A stretch of 37,182 nucleotides of DNA from Promethearchaeota archaeon. GTDB lineage: Archaea > Asgardarchaeota > Lokiarchaeia > Sigyniarchaeales > SOKP01. The DNA lies in assembly GCA_048938855.1 (NCBI GenBank), contig JBHLLT010000029.1:1-37182 (forward strand), read 5' to 3'. Of this stretch, positions 1 to 8,391 are shown one piece after another. Both the position numbers and the translations under genes were made by a program. Below the pieces are notes generated by a model. It was not told the DNA's origin. It was given only the letters and a program-made list of their open reading frames with translations, and did no database searches. How positions within the stretch are numbered: the first letter of the stretch is position 1; every line of letters starts with the position of its first letter.

Positions 1-77
1 AATGTTAAAGTCAACACTCCAAATATAACTGGTATTGCTGCTAATAATCTTCGTACTATATATTTTAGCATACTCAT
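1..77 (-). CDS. ABC transporter permease, DppB/OppB family (N-terminus only, runs off window)
   Basis: Manual minus-strand translation from ATG at 77 gives MSMLKYIVRRLLAAIPVIFGVLTLT..., the typical DppB/OppB start; lies downstream of a family-5 substrate-binding protein. Not in the ORF track. Confidence 0.85.
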   Translation of the reverse strand, partial: MSMLKYIVRRLLAAIPVIFGVLTLT

Positions 78-121
78 ACTTTTTACATCTCTATATTTTT
101 ATTAAATTAAATATTAATACT

Positions 122-616
122 TTAAACTTCAATTTTTATTCCTTTTCTTATACGTAAATTATATTTTTCCTTAGCGATAGAAGCTAAGATTGCTGCTAAT
201 AAATTTATAGCAAATAGAGTAATGATGGTAAGATATCCATCAAGGCTAATAAAAAATTGACCAATAGCAGCGAAAACATTTCCAATTTGAATAAAAATGT
301 TAGTTTGTAAATCGTAAAATACAAAAAAATACCAAATCCATGATTCTAGCAGTATAAATGGAATAATCCAGATACTATTTCTAATCCCATATTCATAGAA
401 ATTTTCTCGAAATACCATAAGAAATATTATTCCAAAAAGAAGAATAAATGAGATAAATGAGTAAGGGCTAAATAATACTCTGTGTAAATATAAGATATTT
501 ACACCTAGTGTTTTAAAATAAACATTACTAATATATCCGAAAAATATAAAATGAACTAATAAAAGTGCTATTATGAAATTTGTTTGCCTTCCTAAGTCGA
601 TTTTTGAAAATTTCAT
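122..616 (-). CDS. Hypothetical membrane protein (about 4 TM helices)
   Basis: 164-aa ORF with four hydrophobic stretches and a basic C-terminal tail; between the substrate-binding and permease genes. Confidence 0.75.
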   Translation of the reverse strand: MKFSKIDLGRQTNFIIALLLVHFIFFGYISNVYFKTLGVNILYLHRVLFSPYSFISFILLFGIIFLMVFRENFYEYGIRNSIWIIPFILLESWIWYFFVFYDLQTNIFIQIGNVFAAIGQFFISLDGYLTIITLFAINLLAAILASIAKEKYNLRIRKGIKIEV

Positions 617-1074
617 ACTAAACTCTCCAAATCCTAATTTTTACTTTTCTTGCTGATATAATGACTAATAGAAAAGTTTAATCATTTAATAAGTATTTTG
701 TTAATATTCACCAATTGATTAAATAATCAAACACAACATTATTTTTAATATTTTCTTCGTAAAATTATTTTAGTCTATATTTTATATCTAATACAATATC
801 TTATAAATAAGAAAATTTTCTGAAATAAGATTCTAAAAAGTATTTTAATAACCACTAAGAATTTTCATTTAGTTTTCATAATTCAAATCCATAATATTTG
901 AAATTGGGGGATGGTTTACTTTATTTAATTTTTACCTGTATACTATGTTTCAAATTAGATGACACCAAAATTAAGGATTCATTGACATTTTTTCCTTTTT
1001 GCGAGAAGACTGAATTTTAATAATTATAAACCGTAAAACTGTATATGCTAAGATTATAGAAAATTATAAAAAAT

Positions 1075-1085
1075 AAAAAAAAAAA
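1075..1085 (-). terminator. Oligo-T terminator downstream of the substrate-binding protein gene
   Basis: Run of 11 A on + (11 T on -) about 40 nt after the stop at 1125; archaeal terminators are oligo-T tracts. Confidence 0.45.
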
Positions 1086-1124
1086 GAGTTAATTAGAGTT
1101 TTTTTCACTTTTTAGAAGTGATGT

Positions 1125-2879
1125 TTATGCGCGATAAGTTGGATACCAGTATAAGTTCCTCATAGTGTTATATGGGAAATTTTTCAAGGTAGCAGCATGT
1201 ACGTGGTAGAGCTTGTCATACATTAAAGGCATGTGGTAAAATTGCACATCAATAATATAACCTTGAAGTTGTTCGTAGTAGGCATATCTCGTAGCAGTAT
1301 CAGTTTCTGCAGCAGTCTTTGCTAGAAGATTCTGTAAATGATGATCATTTATTCTAGCCATGTTAGATGATGATGCATTGTTAACCAATGGATCAATCAT
1401 GTTAAAGGTTTCAAAATAATCAGGACCCCATCCAACAAAGTAGATGTGAAGTCTTTCGGGATGAAGTTGACCCATCCTAATAAATTGATCCCAAGTTAAT
1501 ATTTGGGGTACAACATCGACTCCAATTAAGTCCATATCTTCTGAGAATCGTTGGATAAGAAGTTCCATAAAGTGACTAGCTACATTATGTCGGAAATTCC
1601 ATTGATTATTTGAGAAGTTTCCTACAGCAGGTATAAATTGCGCTGATGTCCACTGAGCTTCATCACCACCTGGAGTGAATATATCACCTACTTGAGAGCC
1701 AACCTGCCAACCAACTCCATAACCCATAGATTGCATAAGCCCTCTAGCTTTTGGAATATCATAATTGGCCCCATGAGTTGAATAATTATGCGCTGGAAAA
1801 CCAGGAGGAACTAATGAACCTGCTCTCACAACGGTATCTTCTTCAATATCATGGACAAGATATGTATAGTTGAACGCGTACGAAATTGCCATTCTCCAGG
1901 TTCGATTTATGACTACAGAGTTAAATGCTATATACCAATAGAGAGAACCATTGATATAATCTGAAACTCCATCTCCAGTTACCGTAATATCTGGATCGTC
2001 AATGAAATCTTGCTTGAGGGAAGCAATACCTTGACCTAAGAAGTCAATATCTCCAGCTAGCATAGCATTATTGGCAGTGACAGCGTCTCTATAATATACA
2101 TAGACAATCTGGTCCCAATAAGCTCCAGTTCTCCAATATCTCTCCCATCGAGCAAATCGAATCTCTGAGTTAGGAATATACCTTATTAATTTGAAAGGTC
2201 CAGTTCCAATAAATAGATCACTTCCAAGATTTAACATTCTATATTTTGGAGTAGATGTATGACCAACGATATAGCTTGCAGTATAGGATAAAAGCCCTTC
2301 AGCAGGGGCAAATGGTCCGTTCAGAAAGAGTCTAACTGTTAATGGATCAGATGCTTTATGTGCATTCCACCAAACTCTGCTGGCCACGGTATCAAAGATT
2401 GCTGTTCCATTACCAAATTTGTAAAGTGATTGTGGAAAAGCCATAGTTGAGTTATCGGGTAATGTTCCTGTCGAATTACCAAAATAATTAATTCTCTCAA
2501 AAGTCCAAATAACATCTTCTCCACTTAATTTTTGACCATCATGGAAAAATACATCGTCTCTTAGTTTGAACTCAATTGTTTTTGCATTAGGCCAATACCA
2601 TGATTCAGCAAGTCTTCCAACAATTGGAAAGCTTGCGTTTGTCAAATCAGTTGCAAGTATTGGTTCGCCAACCTGATCAAGCATATCGTTTGATACACTA
2701 TCCCAAGCATCTAAAGGATCCATAGTAACAGGATTAGCTGTTCTAGCAACTTTAAGGACTTCTCCAGGGGTAGGAGGAACTACAACAGTTAGCATAGCCA
2801 AAATGACGTTTCCAACGCCAGATGCTGCTAAGACAACTGCTAAAATAATTATCGCTAAATTTTTCTTTTCCATTTCCAT
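1125..2879 (-). CDS. ABC transporter substrate-binding protein, family 5 (OppA/DppA-like)
   Basis: Motifs TMDP, GRLAESW, FKLRDDVFFHDG, GTGPFKL, GWGPDY; N-terminal hydrophobic anchor. Confidence 0.93.
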   Translation of the reverse strand: MEMEKKNLAIIILAVVLAASGVGNVILAMLTVVVPPTPGEVLKVARTANPVTMDPLDAWDSVSNDMLDQVGEPILATDLTNASFPIVGRLAESWYWPNAKTIEFKLRDDVFFHDGQKLSGEDVIWTFERINYFGNSTGTLPDNSTMAFPQSLYKFGNGTAIFDTVASRVWWNAHKASDPLTVRLFLNGPFAPAEGLLSYTASYIVGHTSTPKYRMLNLGSDLFIGTGPFKLIRYIPNSEIRFARWERYWRTGAYWDQIVYVYYRDAVTANNAMLAGDIDFLGQGIASLKQDFIDDPDITVTGDGVSDYINGSLYWYIAFNSVVINRTWRMAISYAFNYTYLVHDIEEDTVVRAGSLVPPGFPAHNYSTHGANYDIPKARGLMQSMGYGVGWQVGSQVGDIFTPGGDEAQWTSAQFIPAVGNFSNNQWNFRHNVASHFMELLIQRFSEDMDLIGVDVVPQILTWDQFIRMGQLHPERLHIYFVGWGPDYFETFNMIDPLVNNASSSNMARINDHHLQNLLAKTAAETDTATRYAYYEQLQGYIIDVQFYHMPLMYDKLYHVHAATLKNFPYNTMRNLYWYPTYRA

Positions 2880-3152
2880 ATTAAGATCACAATAAATTCT
2901 TAATTTTTTTTAGATTTTTTTTTAGATTAGTTGTTAAATATGTTTTTAAATTCGTAAACTTATAAGTTTTTCTTTTTTTTTTTGGTAATTTTTAGATTTG
3001 GTAAAAGATTAGGGGATCTTTATTTCATAAATTTAAATTTCAAACAATTTCAAATTAAAGAAAATTCTTAGCAATAGATCATATCTAATTAAAATCTCAA
3101 TTATAAAGTCTTAATTTGTTTGGAATGGGAAAGATAAAGGGAATTTTTTGTT

Positions 3153-4121
3153 TTAAAATCCAAATAATGCAGCTATATAACTAAAATAAAAAGCACAAAA
3201 TAAAATAATTAACAATATAAATCCCGCGATGATAATTCCTTTGTCTAAAAAGGCTTTTTCCGTGCTACGAGCAATTTCAGGCTTAGATGATGTTAAATAC
3301 ATATATCTCATAATTATATACAGTGCAATTGGGATTGTTAAAACAGAAAAATATTCGTAAAGAGTTGCACTTCCAGGTATTATACTCGATTCGAATAAAT
3401 TGAATTTTATTATTAAATAGAGGGAGTAGGTCATGAACAATGAGCCTGCGATTATCAAATGAAATTGATTTAATAAGGTTAAAGAATATTGATCATAAAC
3501 AGTTTTGTGTTCAATTGCTTTATCTTTTCCTAGCAACATCAAATCTCCCCTTCTTTTAGCTATACTAAGAAAAAGAGCAACTTCAAAGATGGCTAAAAAC
3601 AACCAAGCAGAGACAAATTCTTCAATTATTGCACATCCAGCTAATGCTCTCCACAAATATCCTGTAGATAAAATAATAATATCAATAAAAGCATATTTTT
3701 TTAACAGGTGATTATATAGTTGCCCTGTAATAATTATCATAACAATCATAAAAAGAAAACCCAAATTTGGGATAATAAAAATTAATAGAAAAATAGTTAT
3801 GCCTCCTAATAAGATCAAAAGAAATGCTGCTAAAAATAATGAAAGTTCTCCAGAAGCAAGAGGTTTTTTTCTAATTTTTTCAGGATGGGTTCTATCCTTT
3901 TTAATATCTGTAATATCATTTACTATATAATTAATTGAAGATGTACAACAGAGGATTATAAATCCAATCAATAAATTAAAATAAAGAGTTGTTTCAAAAA
4001 GTCTTTGACTAAAAAAAATTCCTACGAATACTAATACATTCTTGTAGTACTGGCGGATACGTAAGAGATGAAAAATACTTTTAATTTTACTTGGCATTAT
4101 TAACTTTTTTGAAAGACTCAT
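3153..4121 (-). CDS. UbiA-family prenyltransferase, decaprenyl-phosphate phosphoribosyltransferase-like
   Basis: RIRQYYKN, NDITDIKKDRTHPEK..KPLASG and LFLSIAKRR motifs resemble the DPPR-synthase branch of UbiA; polytopic membrane protein. Confidence 0.8.
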   Translation of the reverse strand: MSLSKKLIMPSKIKSIFHLLRIRQYYKNVLVFVGIFFSQRLFETTLYFNLLIGFIILCCTSSINYIVNDITDIKKDRTHPEKIRKKPLASGELSLFLAAFLLILLGGITIFLLIFIIPNLGFLFMIVMIIITGQLYNHLLKKYAFIDIIILSTGYLWRALAGCAIIEEFVSAWLFLAIFEVALFLSIAKRRGDLMLLGKDKAIEHKTVYDQYSLTLLNQFHLIIAGSLFMTYSLYLIIKFNLFESSIIPGSATLYEYFSVLTIPIALYIIMRYMYLTSSKPEIARSTEKAFLDKGIIIAGFILLIILFCAFYFSYIAALFGF

Positions 4122-4136
4122 TTATATTAAATTTTA

Positions 4137-6728
4137 TTAAGAGATGATGATTCTTTCTGGTTTGAATTTCTTCAAAATTTTAAATCCTAAACGACTAGAT
4201 AGGCTTGTTTCTGATTTCAACTGAAACAAAGCAGTACTATACTTAAAATTTATCATTTCAATTTCTTTGTAAGGAATCTCTATATTGTTTCCAAATATAT
4301 TTTTAAATAAAATAGAAATTTTATTGATATGTCCATCTTTAGATAAATCCTTCACATTGTTCTTAAAGTTGATATTAATTTTTTGAATATACCCGATTTC
4401 TAAATTATTTACGGGTTTTTTAAGATATAGGTATACTTGAAGATTTCTTATTGATAACCATTTTATGAGATTTATTTCTGATTCTCGAAAATTAAGACTT
4501 TTACTAATCGAAAAATAAATTTGTTTTGGTCTGATTATCAATTCATCAAGATTTAAACTTAGTGTTGATTCATGACTATAGATATCTGATATTTCTAATT
4601 GATAATTGGATAAGTCTGTTGTAGGGATGATGTTTAAACACCTAAAAATTCTTATTTCTCCTTTAATCTTTAAAAAAATTTCAAAATCTTTTAGATCTTT
4701 AATAAATGAGATTGAATTTGGTAGTTTAGTTTTACGAATAGGTTTATCTATTTTTTTATCATTCTTATCCAGGAAGATAAAAAGTCCCTCTTTATTTTCA
4801 TTGCTTAACTCAATATTAATTAGAGTTAACGGTTTATTATTCTGAAAGTAGTAAAGATCATTTAAATTAAATAGTGTAGAAGAATATAATGAAGAATTTA
4901 AAGAAATTGTTTGGTTTGTTTTTAAATCTATGATATTAAATTTTTCAGGGTCAGTAATATCATCAGAAAACTCAACATCTATTAGTTTACCAAGTATAAT
5001 TTCATCGTTAATTAAATTTCTAAAGATATAATCTTTTTGAAGATCAAATTGATAAAATTCTTTTCTATTAATATCTTCTAATAATTTAGGTATCTCATTA
5101 ATTTCAAAATAATTCTTGAATTTTTCAGTGGCTATTATTTTAAAGCTTTGTCGAGCTTTTTCAAACTTGATAGCATATTTCTTTTGATTAGATCTTTTCA
5201 AACAAATAAGTGGTAAAATTGCTTCATTGCCTGGTTTTAGCTTATTATCTAATATAGCGGCAATTCTGTAATAACTTGGAGGGTGAGAGTGAATAAAATT
5301 ACCCATAAGTGAAGCTCGTGAAGGTTTAATCATTGAATGATTCAAATATTTAGCTGTATTTAGATAATTTAAAAGCTGATTTTCTCTTGTTATTTTTTCT
5401 TCAGACAATAACATGGTATTTAATCCTATTTCTCTCCCTGTAGTATAAAAACTCTCTAAATTATAGAGAGCTTTAGTAAGTTCATTTGCATACCCTATCT
5501 CCTTTGTTTTTAAATCAGCTTTCCCTTCTAAAAACCTCACAAATATAAAGATAAAGAAGTAAATACCTAGATTCAAAAGAATAAAAAGGATCAATGGGAT
5601 CTGAGGATTTCCAAATGTATAGTCATAGAAAGTAGCCGGAATACCTAAGAACATTCTTACAATTAAATCTACAGATGTGATTACCGTCAAAATCAGGGTA
5701 TGTTTACCTTTAGTATGCGCTAACTCGTGAGCAACTATTCCTTTTAATTCATCTTTTGGAATTTCGTTTATACTTTCTGAAATAATTGCAATCCTTTTAT
5801 CAAAAACCGAACCGTATGCCATTGCATTTAAAATTGGATATTTTCCAAATCCTACTTTCACCTTACTTTTGATTCCAATATCATTCTTTATTTTATTTAC
5901 GATATTTAATACTTCTTCTTCTCTAATCCTATGAATTCCAAGTAGTTTATCTAAAATGAAACCTGATACGAAATAAATTACCCAATTAACAATAATCAAT
6001 AAAAAATATATATTTAAAAAGAAATCAAGAATTTTGATATCCTGCCAATTAATCGGCTGATTATTTATGAAGTTTAAAGGTGTAAATTGATTTATAAAAA
6101 CAACAGCTAGCCATGCTATTATATAGAGAAATAATGTTAAATATTCAGGACTCATGAATCGCCAAACAATTATATATTTTCTTCCAAAAAGAAGAAATCC
6201 TAAAATAAGAATTATCCAAAAGGAAAATGCAAAACTGGTGTTTATGTATATCGGTTCATTTAAGTAGTAAGAAAATAATCCAGCAATAAAGATAACATTG
6301 TAAGTTATTAAAGAAATAATTAATATTTTGTTTATTACAGGATAATCCTTAAGTTCATAGATCCCAATCCACAAATAAATAGAGAATGCCCCCATAATTG
6401 ATGTTAGAAAATCCTTAGATAAGAAAAAAATTAGAAAAAAGAAAAATAAAATAGCTATTATATCGCTCATTTCACTTCTTTTACCATTTTTAGCCCATTG
6501 ATAGAATTCTTCTATAGTTATTATATATAGGAAAAAAGTTATTATAAACGTCCAATCAAATAGAAGTGTTGAAAATTGATATTTGAAAAGAAGGAAATTT
6601 AAAAATAAAGAAACTCCTATTGTACAAACGGGATAAGAAATGAAGAGAAAATATCTAATATTTTTTTTCAAATAAAATACCTTTATTGCATTAATAATTA
6701 GTTTGTTTAAATCCACATAAAAATTCAA
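4137..6728 (-). CDS. M48-family (HtpX/Ste24-like) membrane zinc metalloprotease with N-terminal TM region and long C-terminal extension
   Basis: NAMAYG, ELKGIVAHELAH (HExxH), third ligand in RFLEGKAD, and SHPPSYYRI motif; exact start (TTG 6728) uncertain. Confidence 0.85.
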   Translation of the reverse strand: MNFYVDLNKLIINAIKVFYLKKNIRYFLFISYPVCTIGVSLFLNFLLFKYQFSTLLFDWTFIITFFLYIITIEEFYQWAKNGKRSEMSDIIAILFFFFLIFFLSKDFLTSIMGAFSIYLWIGIYELKDYPVINKILIISLITYNVIFIAGLFSYYLNEPIYINTSFAFSFWIILILGFLLFGRKYIIVWRFMSPEYLTLFLYIIAWLAVVFINQFTPLNFINNQPINWQDIKILDFFLNIYFLLIIVNWVIYFVSGFILDKLLGIHRIREEEVLNIVNKIKNDIGIKSKVKVGFGKYPILNAMAYGSVFDKRIAIISESINEIPKDELKGIVAHELAHTKGKHTLILTVITSVDLIVRMFLGIPATFYDYTFGNPQIPLILFILLNLGIYFFIFIFVRFLEGKADLKTKEIGYANELTKALYNLESFYTTGREIGLNTMLLSEEKITRENQLLNYLNTAKYLNHSMIKPSRASLMGNFIHSHPPSYYRIAAILDNKLKPGNEAILPLICLKRSNQKKYAIKFEKARQSFKIIATEKFKNYFEINEIPKLLEDINRKEFYQFDLQKDYIFRNLINDEIILGKLIDVEFSDDITDPEKFNIIDLKTNQTISLNSSLYSSTLFNLNDLYYFQNNKPLTLINIELSNENKEGLFIFLDKNDKKIDKPIRKTKLPNSISFIKDLKDFEIFLKIKGEIRIFRCLNIIPTTDLSNYQLEISDIYSHESTLSLNLDELIIRPKQIYFSISKSLNFRESEINLIKWLSIRNLQVYLYLKKPVNNLEIGYIQKININFKNNVKDLSKDGHINKISILFKNIFGNNIEIPYKEIEMINFKYSTALFQLKSETSLSSRLGFKILKKFKPERIIIS

Positions 6729-6736
6729 TTGTTATT

Positions 6737-8131
6737 CTATAAATTTGATTTTCTCATTTTTTTAATCTCAGACCAAAAATATTTTATTGTTAATACATAC
6801 CAAATTAAGAGTATTGGAATTAATAATAGAAAAGAGATTATTAGGTTAATTGGAATAATAACAATTCCAATGTCTATATCTTCAAAAGGAAGGTTCATTA
6901 CTACTGATTCAATGAATATGAGAAAAATTATCAAAAACACTAATAATACTATCATTAAGACTATAATTCCTCTAATCCTGGGGAATTTATATAAAATATA
7001 AATAGTTGGGATTAGAAAAGCGAAAAAAGCAATAATTAATACAATAATACTGTAATTTCCTAAAGAAAATTGCATGAGCAAGATAGAAAGTATGGAAAAA
7101 AAACCACATATAATTGAGATTGCATAAAAATTTTTCACTATTTCTGGTTCTCTTAAAGGGCCTTTTGCTAAAATCAACCTAGGCAAGGTTAATACTGCGT
7201 CTTTTTGATCTGAAGCTTTAATTCGATCATCTTGGAGCAGAATTATATCTTCTTTACTCTCTCTGATATCACTACTTTCAAAAAAACCCCGTACAGAATA
7301 AATATAATAGAAACTGTTGAATATATGGATAAGAAGGGCACAAAATGTAGCAACTTCTAAAGATCCAAATAACATAACACAAGCAATCATTGCACCCATA
7401 GCTAAGGTGCCTACGTCTCCAGGAAAGGTTTTAGCAGGATATCTATTAAAAATAAAAAATGCCATTATCACCGCAATAACGGGAATTGTAAATAACACAC
7501 CTTCAGCAGAATTCCATATTAAACTACAGATAAACAAGAAACAAATAGCAATCAAACAAGTCCCTGATCCTTCACCATTATAACCTTCCAACATATTTAC
7601 GGTATTTGCAAAAACTGCTACAATTATAGGTACTACGAATGGATAAATTATTGTTAATCTTGTTATATCAATAATTGGGATAGTTGGTGACTCTATAGTA
7701 ATAAAACCAAATAAATTCGCTAAAAAGATAATACTTCCCGAGAATATTGATAAAATTATTTTATACCTAGATCTCAATTTTTTTCTATCATCAAGATAAC
7801 CTATAGCTCCTGTTAATAAAACTGTAAGAAGAAAAATCAATGATTCATGGGAGAAAGAAGGAAAGAATACAATTAAGAAAATCATGCTAATACTAATCCC
7901 AATTACCATACTAATCCCGCCAGATTCGGCAATTTCTGGTTTTGCATTTTTATGGATATCAATACCAACATGTCCTTTTCTTTTCATAAATTTTATGAGA
8001 TAAGGTAGAACTAGATAAGTCACCAAAAATCCAGTGACAAATATAATTACTAAAAAGATTATTTCCATAAAACTCCAATTCAAATCAGTTAGAAGGTTCA
8101 TTAATAACCAAACAGTTTTATTATAAATCAA
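6737..8131 (-). CDS. aglH: UDP-GlcNAc:dolichol-phosphate GlcNAc-1-phosphotransferase (AglH/GPT, MraY-like family)
   Basis: GIDIHK..PEIAESGG, GYLDD, NTVNMLEGYNG and FNRYPAKTFPGDVGT motifs; the real start may be the ATG at 8101. Confidence 0.85.
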   Translation of the reverse strand: MIYNKTVWLLMNLLTDLNWSFMEIIFLVIIFVTGFLVTYLVLPYLIKFMKRKGHVGIDIHKNAKPEIAESGGISMVIGISISMIFLIVFFPSFSHESLIFLLTVLLTGAIGYLDDRKKLRSRYKIILSIFSGSIIFLANLFGFITIESPTIPIIDITRLTIIYPFVVPIIVAVFANTVNMLEGYNGEGSGTCLIAICFLFICSLIWNSAEGVLFTIPVIAVIMAFFIFNRYPAKTFPGDVGTLAMGAMIACVMLFGSLEVATFCALLIHIFNSFYYIYSVRGFFESSDIRESKEDIILLQDDRIKASDQKDAVLTLPRLILAKGPLREPEIVKNFYAISIICGFFSILSILLMQFSLGNYSIIVLIIAFFAFLIPTIYILYKFPRIRGIIVLMIVLLVFLIIFLIFIESVVMNLPFEDIDIGIVIIPINLIISFLLLIPILLIWYVLTIKYFWSEIKKMRKSNL

Positions 8132-8217
8132 AATTCTGATAAATTATAGATTGTATAGTTTAAAATACATTATTTATTAAATCTTTTATTTTTCTCTATT
8201 GAGGAATTAGAAATAGA

Positions 8218-8350
8218 TAGCCCGGCACGGATTCGAACCGTGTTCGCTATACGCCCCGTATCGAGATATATAGTCGCGGGGTTCAAGGCCCCAAATGCTT
8301 GGCCATTTTACTTAATACAAAAAAGATGTATTAATCTACACCACCGGGCT
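8218..8350 (-). tRNA. tRNA-Gln(UUG) with two 30-nt introns (8306-8335 at 15/16; 8243-8272 at 48/49)
   Basis: Removing both inserts gives a 73-nt cloverleaf: acceptor AGCCCGG/CCGGGCT (A1-U72, as in archaeal tRNA-Gln), D stem GTGT/GCAT, anticodon stem TGGGG/CCCCG with loop CCTTGAA, variable CGAC, T arm CACGG-TTCGAAT-CCGTG, discriminator A; CCA not encoded. Confidence 0.9.
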
Positions 8351-8391
8351 AATGTATTAATTGTGATATAGAGCTGTAATCTTTTCATTTT

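Noticed and set aside
617-1124. 508-nt intergenic region as a hidden small gene or ncRNA
   Set aside because: No ORF-track entry, no GC-rich structured segment and no recognisable RNA motif found by eye.
2903-2927. Tandem TTTTTTTTAGA units upstream of the substrate-binding protein gene
   Set aside because: Low-complexity homopolymer-based repeat with only two copies; no CRISPR-like or mobile-element structure.
8243-8288. Reading the tRNA as tRNA-Sec or tRNA-Ser with a long variable arm
   Set aside because: Stem pairing centres TTG, not TCA or TGA; the 7-bp A1-U72 acceptor stem and overall sequence fit tRNA-Gln, and the insert fits splice-motif geometry.
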